Of a stretch of DNA of 64,000 nucleotides, positions 1 to 12,633 are shown in pieces. A program made the position numbers and the translations under genes. How positions within the stretch are numbered: the stretch's first letter is position 1; each line of letters starts with the position of its first letter. The notes below the pieces were generated by a model. The model did not search any database. It was given only the letters and a program-made list of their open reading frames with translations, and was not told the origin of the DNA. This stretch comes from Xylographa opegraphella (lineage: Eukaryota), in the NCBI GenBank assembly GCA_022813865.1, contig JALDZX010000013.1:186001-250000 (forward strand), read 5' to 3'.

Positions 1-3000
1 CACTTCCACTTGGTTGCAAGAAATTGTTGCTGGGAGAAGTGACGGAGCGGGCATGCATGCTGGGGCGAACTTGCAGCGTCGATGTGGCATTGTTTGTGAA
101 CGCACCTGGCGTCATGATCGATGCGTCTTGGGGGGACATGAATGCATTGTGAAGCAGAGTACTTCCATCCTGGTTCAGAGATTTGTGGAGGATCGGGGCG
201 GTCTGTTGATCATAAAGATCGGCTCCGTCGTTAGGACCGGGTCCATATCCAGTAATGGTAATGTCCGAGTACCCGTTCATGTAGCTGTTGTCGGATACTA
301 AAGTATTATCCTCGAAGAAGTCATCCAAGCTATCAAGCTTCGAAACCAGATCTCCCACAGGAACATCAACGTTGACGTTATCATACACTTGCTCGGCATG
401 AGCTTCCTCTGTCGCGACTGCTGTGCTGCCTTCCAATGGGAAATATGAACCATGATGAAACTCCTCGTTATCGAACTCGATCTCCGGTGTAGCCGTCGGC
501 TGCGCTTCTACCCGACCGTCACCTGCAAACGTATAAAACACAGCGTGCACATTGACGCGAGTCACGTTGGCCTTCAGTGCCGGCGCAGGTATTGACCAGC
601 CAGTCTCTTCCGGTATTCCATAGAGACTTTGAGTCTTCTCATACTCTTTTCGAATCGTTCTTGATCCATATGAAGCCATACTCATGCGAAGATGTTGCTT
701 GTCCATTGGGGTCGCGGATACAGTCATGATGTTGTCCATGACTTCCAAAGCCCGAGGACAATATTCTGTTTGCAGAAGCCGCAGGAGCGGGGAGATGAGA
801 TCCGGTCCATGAGAGGCAAAGTCTGACTGGCGCATATCGATGTTTGGTATCACAGCGCATAATATCTGCATAGTTTTAATTTTGTACCATGGCAGACGGT
901 TGGTCAATAGACCCATGAGGAAGACCAAGCACTGGAACTGCAATCCTGGAAAGGGTAATAGCTGTATCGTGGATAGAAACTGATCTAAGAACTCTTTGGC
1001 AGATGTGTATCTGCCATAGATGAAAGTATTGAGTACTATCGACGTCTCGTGAAAATCTTTCGACTCCGTCGCCTCCATCAGCGCTCGTGCTGCAACGGTC
1101 ACGGTAGGATCGTTCGAAAAAGGCCCATTATCGAAGGTGTGCAAGAAGCATGGTAGATGAGAGAGAAGAGCGAAGAGCAGGCGACTCTGATCTCCCAAAA
1201 GCTCACTATCAGGCAGTAGCATAGTGAGCATAATTATCGATAATGTCTTGTGCAGTGAAGTATCGGATTTTAGACCTTTGTACACAAGAGACATGATGCC
1301 GTCAAATGAGCCCTCCCACTTCTCCGGTTTGGCTTCTAAGAGTAGTCGGATTACCGCTGGGTCACTGAAATCCACTTTAGCCAGCAGAGTCTCCAGCATG
1401 CCCAGTGTTTCGACAAATTCACACTCATTGACGGTGTTTAAACAGGCACAGGTTACCCAAAAAAGCTGGGGGTATTTAAGCTGATCTGCAGGTTCTAGTG
1501 CGGCTATTATTGTCTTCAACGTGGCAAGGATCTCCATGGAGAATGATTGAAGTTCTGGTAGTTCATCAGCGATGGTGTTGGATAGTCGGGCGAGCATATC
1601 TTGGAGCATCGTTTTATCCAATGATGAGAGAATACAACGGAAAATCTGAAAGGATCGGCAGGCTAAATGTCTCACAGGGCAGGCAGTTGCCCAAGTCAGA
1701 GTGGTTTTCGCCCATTGCTCGTGGATGTTAGGATATGCTAGTGAGAATAGATTGATGATCTCGTCGCAGACATGTGTCATCGCATTCGGCACTCGATTAC
1801 TGTCAGTGGTGGTGTCCATCGCACCACCATCGTGATAACTCCAGACCACTTTCGCATCCGACTGTCTTATCAAATCGATGAAAGCCTCGATTTTTGCCTT
1901 CGTGGGGCTCGTATTGTCGTCACCTATCTTGGAAATTACCAATTCATGAATCAAGTGGACTAGCATCTCACGTGCCTGCTCCTGCACTACTATTGTGTAG
2001 TGGTCCCACAGAACAATGCAGACCTGTAGAAGTAGCGGAACACTCTCCTTGGCTACCTTTGCAGGTGCGACCATGAGGTCAACCAATAGAATCAGAGATA
2101 GCTGTCCCAAAGAGAGTCCAGACTACCAATATTAGCCACATGTTTGCAAAGGATCTCTCACGAATTACCTTGTTGTTTCCGATCGGAAGGGCTTCTCCTA
2201 GGTCTGCGACATATGGTAGACCGACAGCGTCTGGCGAGATTTCCATAGGGTTCGGCCTGTCCGGATATACCATGTTCCTGGGGGTCAGTTGTAGCAGAAG
2301 AAATTCGACGACTTTTTGGCCCGCCGGAGTGCTCGATAAGAACACCACAATTTGCTTTGCATATCCAACAAAACTCTGTTCTCTCCTATCGATACACAAC
2401 GAGATGACAAAGTCTAAAATCAGTTGAACATTGCCACCATGCGGTCCAGTAGCTAACGCTTGCCACAAAGCTTGTACCTCATTGTGCAGTGCGGTGCTTG
2501 ATCTGGTAGTGATCTCAAGTAGATTCGCTAAAAGCATGTAAGTCTGTGCGGTGGGACGGCCGTTGGGATTCAGCTGCAACTCGATGGTCTGTATCCAAGG
2601 GAGTATAGCAGCGATCATATTCCTTTGAGCGTCCGATTGAACGTTTTTATAGTGTCGTGAAAATTGGGAAAATACCAAAAATGCCAATTCAGGGTATTGT
2701 TTTGCGAGTCTTTTGGAAATTTCGAATTGCGCAAGTTTGTAGACCGCAGTCGTTCTATCTGATATGCTTATGTCGAAGTCCTGGAGCTTGGAACTTCTCT
2801 GTTGGCGTTGCTCCATGGTTCGCAGTAGACGGGCAGATTTTGTTCTGATATCACTTTTTTCGTTTCCTAAAGTTATCAGCACAGCACCTAGGATTCGCCA
2901 GAAGGCCAGCTGATAATCTTCGTGCTCGACCAAGACCTGAGCGACAACCTCGAAGTAGCTCTCCAGAGCTTTAGGCTTTTCGCATGAACAACATTTATCG

Positions 3001-6000
3001 ATAGCATGCTCGAGTAACATCGTAAAGCTCTTATTGTGGATAATTAGATTTTTCAACGCTCTGCGTCCGGTAAGGTGCGACCTATCGCTTACAGTACCGA
3101 ATACTTGGTCAATCCAGGCTAGAATCCGACGAACATCGAACGTTTGACTTAGTCCGTAGCCACGATCTGTGGCAACACTGATCGGTCCAGCCTAATCAAC
3201 TTTAGCCAATCGTGTTTCAGAGCACGATAGGAAGTTCACTTACACAAAGCGAGGCCATTGCACTCAAAGCAGCAATGCGAAGGTCACGTTTCTCGATTTC
3301 CATGGCTGGTGTTGCGTTGGTTCGAGCTCCATTATCACGGTGCTGGTTCAGTGCTGATTGCCTCATACTCTCCTCTCGTATGCTAACTTCGTTCTGGTTT
3401 GGGGAGTAGCCGCACCAATCTTCCATAAGGGCAAAAGCGGCTTTTCTGGCTTCAAACGACATCCATCTCGAAGGCTCCGGAGTTCGATTGACACCCTCGA
3501 AAACTTCTTCTACCAGCCCACAATAATACCGCCTCAGTGTTTGAAACTCCCAATCATTCTGGATGCCGGTATCGCTCAAGAAAATTCGCATGTCGTCAGT
3601 GTACTTGATTAGATTGCCTACAATCCATTCATCACGAAGAACATCTTCCTCATGTAGAAAGCGTGACGTCAACTTGTAGACATGGGTGACTTCTGTCCGC
3701 AGACGATCTATGCGTCGACTCTTTTGGGTATTGCTGTCTGTCCGCTGATGATGTCCTACACGTTCCTTTGCTTCCTCATTGCATGTAGTAACGGCGTACT
3801 GAAGTGATTCGAGAAGTGTTCGATATAGCTTGATATTGACGGAGCCCAAGGCGGTCACGATGGCGTCACGAATAGCGATCGGGCCCGCCGAAAGTAAAGG
3901 AATGACAGAAGCAAACAAGGCACGAGCAGAGCTAATTTTATCGTGACTGTGTTGTGGGCTTTTGGATTTGTTGCGGGCGTGTTGCGTGTTCGCCAACTGA
4001 CTCTGTGTTTGAGCCCCTGCATTGGTCAGTGTTGTACAAGCCATCACAAGGTAGAGCTTCCATTGCTCTATGACAACATCGGGCGGCGTGCTTCCCAGTC
4101 GGTTGAGCGCTCGGTCCAACGCTGTGGACGACTGCCCTTTGTTGCCTTCAGAGAGAATTGAGATCATATTGTGCATTTGCAATAACCTAGCGCAAACAAT
4201 GTCGCGCCCCTGGGTGACGGCGGTTGGGCACTGCTCAAAACTTAAGCGAATCAGATTCGGAAATATCTTGACCCATAAGCTCGAATCATAGTTGCCGTCG
4301 CTACTGCACAATTCAATTAACATATTCTGTGCCGAGCTCTTACGTTTCTCTTTCTGAAGGCGGCTTCTCTCCGCAACCGTGAGGCGGTCATCATTGATGT
4401 CTATAACACGATTGAGGCAACCATCAAGGATCTGTATGATTCTTGAATGCTCCTGACCCAGAGCCATATCAAACTCAGTCACGAGTCTGAATACACTGAT
4501 TGCAAAGGATCGCACCTTCTTTGACTGGGAACTAAGGAAGAATACTCCATGGGATTCAACCTCATCGACGTGGTTAGAAATGCTAGCTAGATCCAGGTAG
4601 ATGCCGCGTGCTGCAGAAGAACTTTCTTGGGGTGATTCTAAGGCAACTGTTTTTGTCTTCCTTCGTATCTCCTCTATCCATATCTGTAACAGTTCCAAGT
4701 ATAGCTTCAAAGTGTGCTCGATATGGCCGGACCCGAGCAGGCCGTCGTCTGACATGGTAGAGTATCGCACATCATAATTGAAGATGAACCTAGCAAAACC
4801 AATAGTCACCAGTTGTGCGTGTGACTCCTTTGCGATTGCCTTCAACGATTTTGCAGAAGAGACAGCAATGTAGGGCTGTACGTGAGCCGTTCCGGTACAA
4901 AGTAGATTGACAATGGAATTCAAAGGTATGTGATTCGACAGGCATCGAGGGAGCGCTTGGACCGCAACATGGAGAAGTTCGTAAAAGCTTTGCTTTTGGT
5001 CGATCCCCAGTGGATGTTCGTCTTTTCGGGCAAAAGTAAAACTTTCGGTAATAGGAGTCTTCGGTGTCTGTCCTCCAAGTTTTTCATCGAGCACAGCCTG
5101 ACCACCAAAAGCATTATCACAAATCAATGCGATCTTACCCAATATCTCACAGAAGCGCGAGTGGTATTCTTGAGCTACGCTATCAATTTTTGATGTCATG
5201 ACTGGTCGGAAAAGCAGCTCGTCTACCTTTGTTGAGGTGTTCGTATCACTCACCATCCAAGGAGCGTAGATCAGAGAAGACTTCCCGGTGCTCGGGACTC
5301 CACTCTCAATACCGAATCGTGGAAATCCAGGGCCACCTGTCTCGGGTGTTTCAAGTTCGGTTATGACAGCTAGAAACGCTCTGATGCCGATCACCATGCG
5401 TTCCGGTTCAAATTGCTCGACCTTTATGTCCCGGCCGGACATAAAGATATCGGAACTGATTAAGGGAAATATAATACTTTTGAAACAGAATTCTGGAAAT
5501 CGGACTCCAATGATGCGAATAAGTTCAATGATCGGATCAGCGAAGGCAGGATCGGTGGTTATATACGTTTTTTTACCGCTTGGAAGGACAATCTTAACGA
5601 CGTCTTCCAATTTACGAGTCATCGTAGAAGGTGCTTCTGTTGTTTTGTGCATGTATGTCCACACCAGTCGACAAATGGCTTGCAGTGCACAGCTTCGTGT
5701 CAGCTTATCTTTCAACTTGGCCTGCAGAGTTGTGATCAAAGACAGCCATTGTCCAACAAACACATCAGTGGCGGATGCACAAAGTAGAAGAGTCGAAAGC
5801 GGGAACGCTTCCACCCAGTGTCGAGGTTTGATCAGCATCTGACTGAGACGAGTATTTAACAAGTTGAGAAATTCCTTCCATTTTGCCGAGTTATGTTGAA
5901 CACTTATAGAGGCGGCCACCGGAAACACGAGAGCTTCGAGGACCTTGCAGTATGCATGCTTGATGGGTTGACCATGGGAGCTTACAAAGAACTTCCCTAG

Positions 6001-7743
6001 TGCATATATCAAGTCGCAAGATTCTCTCCATGCGCTCTCTGGCTGAGTTTGGATGCACAAATACCTCATCGGCAAGACGACAAGCCCGACCCGGCCTTCG
6101 GAATCCTTTGAAATTGCACCTTTGCTGCCTGCTTCTTCTTGAACATGTTGCAGATTCGATATAAATCGCTGTGAGATGACTTGAAAATTTGAGATACTCA
6201 TGACGCCTAGTAGTTGCCCATAGATAATCCAATTTGAATTCAAAAGGATAGATGAGGCTACTCTCTCAGGTTCCAGACGGGTCAATTGATCAAAGATACG
6301 ATCTTCGAGCCTCAGCGGGGTTATGGATCTTATATCGCTCTGGTGATAGACTTCGATCAGTACCCGACAGAGTAGATAATTGGAGACCATAAGTTTTTGG
6401 TTTGCCTGTTTCCATGAGTCATAAGAAGAACGGTGAGCACTGCCCGGGCGATCATCAAGTCCAGATTGAGAGCTTCGACCTTCAGAATTCATCGCCTGTG
6501 CTGGTTCTGTGTTCCTCCTTGGATGCGGTCGTAGTCCATGATTCAGTCTGTCCTATAGGTAACATGTCAGACTTGAAAGTCCCGGTGAACATGATTTACA
6601 AACCTGATACATCTTCTGTTGTGCCTGATTTGCATTTTCCCCTTTGTTTTGCCGCCAGAACATTATGGTGTCAATTAAAGGCTTCGGCTTCTGGCGTGCT
6701 ATGTGGCCAAGTGCCGAGATCAGTTGATCAAAATCATGATCAATACCCGGCCCGCATACGTCCTCAACTCGTGGTTCAGTATCCCGAGAACTTGCAATAC
6801 ATTGGTTGATTTTGCCTTCTGCCTTGCCTACAAACTATACAACGTGTCAACGAGCATGGAATTGATCGGAACGAATTTCACCTACCGAATTGAAAAGATG
6901 GTGCAAAGCGTATTCACCAACGGATATCTGTTCAGCTTGATTTTTAGATTGGGAACGCGCATGTTCTCTGCGAGGCTTTGCACTTGGGGTCCGCTCGATT
7001 CGTCTTTGTGTCAACATGCTCACCTCTTGATCGATGCCCCCATGGTCCTCCGGTAGCGTTGATACCGACGATTGACCGCGCAGGGAACTGGTTGCAATCT
7101 CGGAAGTGGACGTGGGCGATATATAGTCCGGCGGATCGTCCGACATTGAGTCAAACGCCATATGCTCGGGTGAAAATCCATTGTAAAGGCCAGCAGTCTG
7201 GGGACTTCGATGACTCCTAGCAGGGGAATTTGCGAAGCTTGAATCCCTGGAATGGTGTGGCATGCCATGCACAATTGATGTTTGACGATGATGCCCATAG
7301 CTGATAGACTGCTGTCGATCAAGACCACCGCTTGGACCACCGCTTATGACAGCTCCTGCACGTGTCGAATTCTCGCCGTTCCCAGTAATCACTAGTGGCG
7401 ATATCGCACGGCTGGGCGCTTGCCCTTGAGATGTCAAAGCTGGCGATGCGGTGTTCAGGCTTCCAAGCACTCTCCCTCTCGTCGCTGAAGGATCACGACT
7501 ACCAGAATTACCGTGTGAGGCTGCGGTTGTGCGTGGCTCGAGATGGGAGGACGCGTTATATTGGGAAGGATGGTCGGGGCTATTGGTTGCACTGTGCTGC
7601 CGCACTTTCGCAGGCTGCAATCCAGCTTCACATCGAAAAGATTAGCAAGCTGTACCAGACACTCATGCTGTTCCGCCTGCGAAAGAAACACAAGAAGAAG
7701 AAAAAGAAAAGCAGAAGGGGAGGTGTGACGGAGCCTCACCCAT
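1..7743 (-). CDS. TAO3: Cell morphogenesis protein TAO3/PAG1/Mor2 (Furry family, RAM/MOR network scaffold); 3' end lies beyond window start
   Basis: Consecutive minus-strand ORFs 6847-7620, 3217-6492 and 2079-3056 plus an open frame to position 1, joined by short GT-AG introns. Large HEAT/ARM-like protein with MOR2-PAG1-like segments (KPRHW..AFPL, QALWQALATGPHGGNVQLILDFVI). Probable first exon ATG-G at 7743-7740. Confidence 0.9.
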
Positions 7744-8797
7744 TGTGCTCCTTCAGCGGCAGGCGACCGTGGGGCATAGCGCACAGCGTTATCGCATGCA
7801 TACCGCCGTCATGTTAAGCAGCGGAGAAAGCGTTGTGCTCGGAAGGGCTACTCATGCACGTATACTAGACGTTCACCCACGATCATGACAGCGTCGAGAG
7901 CGTGCGGACCGTCCTTGCCTTAGCTTTCACACTGGTAGGGAGAGGTAGAACACGGTGTCGACCGCCGCCACAATTCGGTACCTTGCCTTAGCATCCCGCT
8001 TAGTCTAGCTCGGATTGGCATCGCTTCAGCCCTGTGGCTGTGTTCGAGCAGAGGCGAACTCGGTTACGGGCCAAGGCGCCAGGCTCGAAAGAGCGAGACA
8101 GGATGAGGAGCACACCAGCTAGCTATTCAATAGCGGGGACAGCAAGGGCTTTAGGCGGGACGCCCCTTAAGTTGATAGGTGGCTTAGGCTTCCTGCTCGC
8201 TGAATCGTCAGCTTGTTTCAGAGGGCAAACAAAGTTCGCTAACTACTATGAACCCCATGCCAGCCTGCAAGGTCACGGGTGATGATCCTACTGTTCGTCA
8301 ACATACCCCATTCGGTCGACGTTCAATGAATAAGTTAAAACTGCCTGAATATCTATGAAAGCAGCTATGGCCAAGATGTAAGGTATGTAGTAGCCCGGAC
8401 TTGTCTTTGACCGGTGAAAGTCGGATGAGGGGTTTCGGCTCGCGAAGGTGTCGGGGTTTGCCGTGGCGGGAAAGCAAACTAAGCTCAGAATGGCTCGATG
8501 CAATAGTGTATTATCGTCTTGTCGCTTTCCATGACAATCGTCCAAATACCATGTGTGGGCACTTGTATAGATCTTGACTGCCTACCTCAATAGACATCCC
8601 CTCAGCACACTCTGCTGGACAACTTTATTCTACTTGCTCTTCATCGGAGGGTGGTTTCGGGCATTTCTCCCGCTCGACCAGCGTAAACTCCGAACCATTA
8701 TCGACGGGTCATAAACTTTTGAGAGGAACTCGTCACTCTCTGGTACTCCTTTTTGGCCGGGGACATTGGATTGCGAGCCACGCTCAGATCCTCCGAC

Positions 8798-10941
8798 ATG
8801 GCTCAGCTCGACACGCTCGATTTAGTGGTGCTGGTTGTCCTTCTGGTAGGTGCGACAGCCTATTTCACCAAGGGAACTTATTGGGGTGTACCGAAAGACC
8901 CTTATGCTGGCTCCTATGCCAACGGCAATGCCTCCAAGGCGGGCAAGTCAAGGAATATCCTTGAGAAAATGGACGAGTCGGCGAAGAACTGTGTCATATT
9001 CTACGGGTCTCAGACTGGTACTGCGGAAGACTACGCCTCCAGGTTGGCAAAAGAAGGCTCGTCGAGGTTCGGGCTGAAGACAATGGTGGCAGATCTTGAA
9101 GATTACGACTATGAAAATCTCGACAACTTCCCCGAGGACAAAATTGCCATGTTCGTATTGGCAACCTATGGTGAAGGTGAGCCCACCGACAACGCTGTTG
9201 ACTTCTACGAGTTTGTCATGGGCGAAGAAACAGCTTTCAGCAATGGTGGAACTGCGGACGAAAAGCCTCTGTCCAATCTGAAGTTCGTGGCATTCGGTCT
9301 AGGGAACAATACCTATGAACACTATAACTCGATGGTTCGGAGAGTTAATGCGGCGCTGCTGAAATTCGGTGCGACGAGAATCGGAGAGGCTGGCGAAGGT
9401 GATGACGGCGCAGGGACGATGGAAGAAGACTTCCTAGCATGGAAAGAACCGATGTGGGCAGAGCTGACTGAAAAGATGGGCCTCGAAGAGCGTGAATCTG
9501 TATATGAGCCGGTCTTCAGTGTAACAGAGAGAGCCGATCTTACTGCCGAGGCGAGTGAGGTCTATCTGGGCGAGCCAAATAAGAATCATCTGGAAGGGAA
9601 ATCAAAAGGACCTTACAACTCTCATAACCCGTACATTGCCCCTATTGCAGAGTCTCGGGAAATCTTCACGGTTCAGGACAGAAATTGCTTGCACATGGAA
9701 ATTGACGTTAGCGGATCCAACCTGTCCTATCAGACTGGCGACCATGTCGCAGTTTGGCCAACTAATGCTGGGAAGGAGGTCGACCGCTTCCTGAATATCT
9801 TGGGATTAGCCGACAAAAGACACACAGTGATTAGTGTCAAGGGCCTGGATCCTACAGCTCGAGTACCTTTCCCGACACCGACCACCTACGACGCAGCTGT
9901 CCGGTATCACATGGAGATCTGTGGTCCAGTATCTCGTCAATTCGTTTCTTCTCTAGCTGCATTTGCTCCGGACGAGACCTCGAAAGCAGAAATGACCAAA
10001 CTTGGCAACGATAAGGACTACTTTCAAGACAAGGTATCCCATCAGTACCTCAACATTGCGCAGGTTCTCGAATCTGTTGACAAATCTAAAAAATGGACCA
10101 ATGTCCCCTTCTCAATTATGATCGAAGGCATCAACAAGATTCAACCTCGTTACTATTCCATTTCCTCTTCATCTCTGGTTCAAAAGAACAAGATCTCCAT
10201 CACTGCTGTTGTCGAAGAAATCCGCGTCGCAGGGGCAGAGCATGTGGTCAAGGGTGTCACGACGAATTATCTTCTTGCACTGAAACAGAAACAGCATGGT
10301 GATCTGAATCCAGACCCTCATGGTCTGACTTACGCCATCACTGGGCCACGGAATAAGTATGATGGTTTCCATGTTCCTGTTCATGTCCGACATTCCAATT
10401 TCAAACTTCCTTCGGACCCATCGAAACCTATCATCATGATTGGACCTGGATCTGGTGTAGCTCCATTCCGCGGGTTCGTGCAGGAACGTGCTGCCCAGGC
10501 TAGTGCTGGAGAGAAGGTTGGCAAGACAATATTGTTCTTCGGATGCAGACGCAGCACGGAAGATTTCTTGTACAAGGCCGAGTGGGATGTAAGTTGCCTC
10601 ACAAGCTGTCTGCTCCATGGCACTGCTAACGAATCTCGCAGAAATTTGCTGCTGACCTTGGCTCTTCCTTCGAGCTTGTCACCGCTTTCTCTCGTGAGCA
10701 GTCCCAAAAGATCTACGTACAGCATCGCTTGAAAGAGAAGGCCAAAGAGGTCAACGACCTGCTCCAAAATCATAAGGCAAACTTCTACGTGTGTGGCGAT
10801 GCAGCAAATATGGCCAGGGAGGTGAGCAACACCTTGGTGCAAATCATAAGCGAGGAAAGAGGCATCCCTGTTGAAAAGGCGGAGGAGGTCGTGAAGAGTA
10901 TGCGAAGCAGTGGGCAATACCAGGAAGATGTATGGAGCTAG
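8798..10941 (+). CDS. cprA: NADPH-cytochrome P450 reductase
   Basis: N-terminal TM anchor, flavodoxin motif YGSQTGTAE, FAD motif PRYYSISSS, NADPH motif MIGPGSGVAPFRGF, C-terminal YQEDVWS. One intron 10589-10641. Confidence 0.97.
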
Positions 10942-11295
10942 TGCAGATCCGGATCGCTGAAGTCAAGCGTCAAAAGGCAGAATGTAATGAGGGACAAAGG
11001 TGTTGATAGATGGAGTTGGGATATATTGTTATGGTTTTTTGTCCCATTTGCATCGGTGGTCGGGCTGCTGGATCCTACACTTTGGGTATATCTTATTCGA
11101 GTGTCTTCGCTTGGCTGCCCAATCTAGCATTCGCTGCGTAAGATGTCAGCGCTTGAAAGCTTTGTGTGAAGCCTATGAGAGACCGCACGTTTCAGCAAAA
11201 GTCAATAAAATTCAACATATGCCATGAACTTCCACCCCTTTCGTCACTTTCGCCTTGATACTTAAGATGTGAATCCTCCCACGCCTGGTACTCTT

Positions 11296-12339
11296 CTACA
11301 TTTCCAGCAATGCCCACGTGTTATCATCCACCGTCGTGAATATCAACGATTGCTGCAACAGCTCGTCGCCTCCCTTCATCACTTCCGCGACTCCCATCCC
11401 CGTCGCCGCCGCGATCTGTTGCATGTGTAGCCCTTCGTTGTTCTGCGGCGTCGTCTTCAAACACTGGACAATCCTCCTCGCCAACGAACTCAGCTGCGGC
11501 GGCAGCGACCTCTGCGCCTCACCCCCCGTATTATTGTACCCGTTCTGCTGCTGCTGCTGCCCCTGCTGACCATAGACCGCGTTCTCCGCCGCACCCGCCG
11601 TCGAGAACTGCTCCGGCGGCCCTCGCGTGAAGTACAGGTGCGCATACGTCGCCTCCAGCAGATGGTAGTTGATCTCGTCCTTATCCTGCACCGGACGGAT
11701 GACGTGGGCGCCGACATGCCGCCTGTTGTTGAAGGCTTTCAGGCGGCCCCAGCAGCGGGCCCACTCGCCGACCTTCAGCTCCGGCTTCCCGTTGCGGACG
11801 GGGTCGCCGTGCTCGTCGTATTTGGGCGTGTCGGAGTCGATCCACTGCTTGACTTCGATGCTGCCCGTGCCGTCGTCCAGCTTGTAGGTCATGTTCGTCG
11901 TCTGCTGCGATATGTTCCGGATCTGGCCCAAGAAGGTGATCTGGGTGATTTCGACGTCGTCGAGGGAGAAGTCGGCGTCCGGGTGCGGTTGGGAGGCGGA
12001 GAGGACTTGGAGGATGGTGCAGGGGCGGAGGGTGTCTTTGCTGTAGGCCTGGGTGAGAAAGGTCAGTGGAAAGGATGGGCGTAGTGTGGGAGGAGAGAGC
12101 GAGACCTTTCCTCCTCCTCCGCCACCTTGACTCCCTCCTTGGGATCCGCCTATGAAACCCCCGCCGTCTGCCCCGCCTTGCGCACTGTAGGAGGTGTATT
12201 GTGCGCCTCCATATGCGTTCTGTTGGCCATAGCTTTGGGCACCGTAGCTCTGGTTGCCGCCGTAGTTACTATTATAGGCTTGGTATCAATGTTAATAATA
12301 TTGTCCCGCGAGTAGGGTAGATTGGAATGACCGACCCAT
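11296..12339 (-). CDS. RFA2: Replication protein A 32 kDa subunit
   Basis: G/Y/Q-rich N-terminus, OB-fold (YKLDDGTGSIEVKQW, EINYHLLEATYAHL), C-terminal winged helix (IFTTVDDNTW). ATG-G first exon at 12339 and a second intron near 12046-12104. Confidence 0.92.
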
Positions 12340-12490
12340 TGTTTTCTTAGTGCTTTTCCAGCCCAGAGTAGGGAAGCTCAGGTGTTCGAGATAAGCTTTC
12401 TCCTAAATGGCAGAAGGACTGGCCGTTTGAAATGTGGGCGAAGGACTGAGCAGTGGCGTTTCCGAACCGACTGTTTTTATTTGAATGAGT

Positions 12491-12525
12491 CGCGTTTTGG
12501 GGGACGTGTAGAGTGCTTTTTCGCG
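12491..12525. promoter_or_regulatory. MCB/SCB-like elements in the RFA2-DBP10 divergent promoter
   Basis: CGCGTTTT (12491-12498) and TTTTTCGCG (12517-12525; CGCGAAAAA on minus) lie 150-190 bp upstream of RFA2, a typical G1/S-regulated gene. Function is inferred. Confidence 0.4.
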
Positions 12526-12633
12526 ATTTGTATCGGCGCTTGTAAACGCCGATCATCCGCCCACATCAACCTAAAATTTCGAGCTTCCCTGAAGAGTACT
12601 TGAAGAGCACCCATTCAGCCCCAACTTGTTGAA

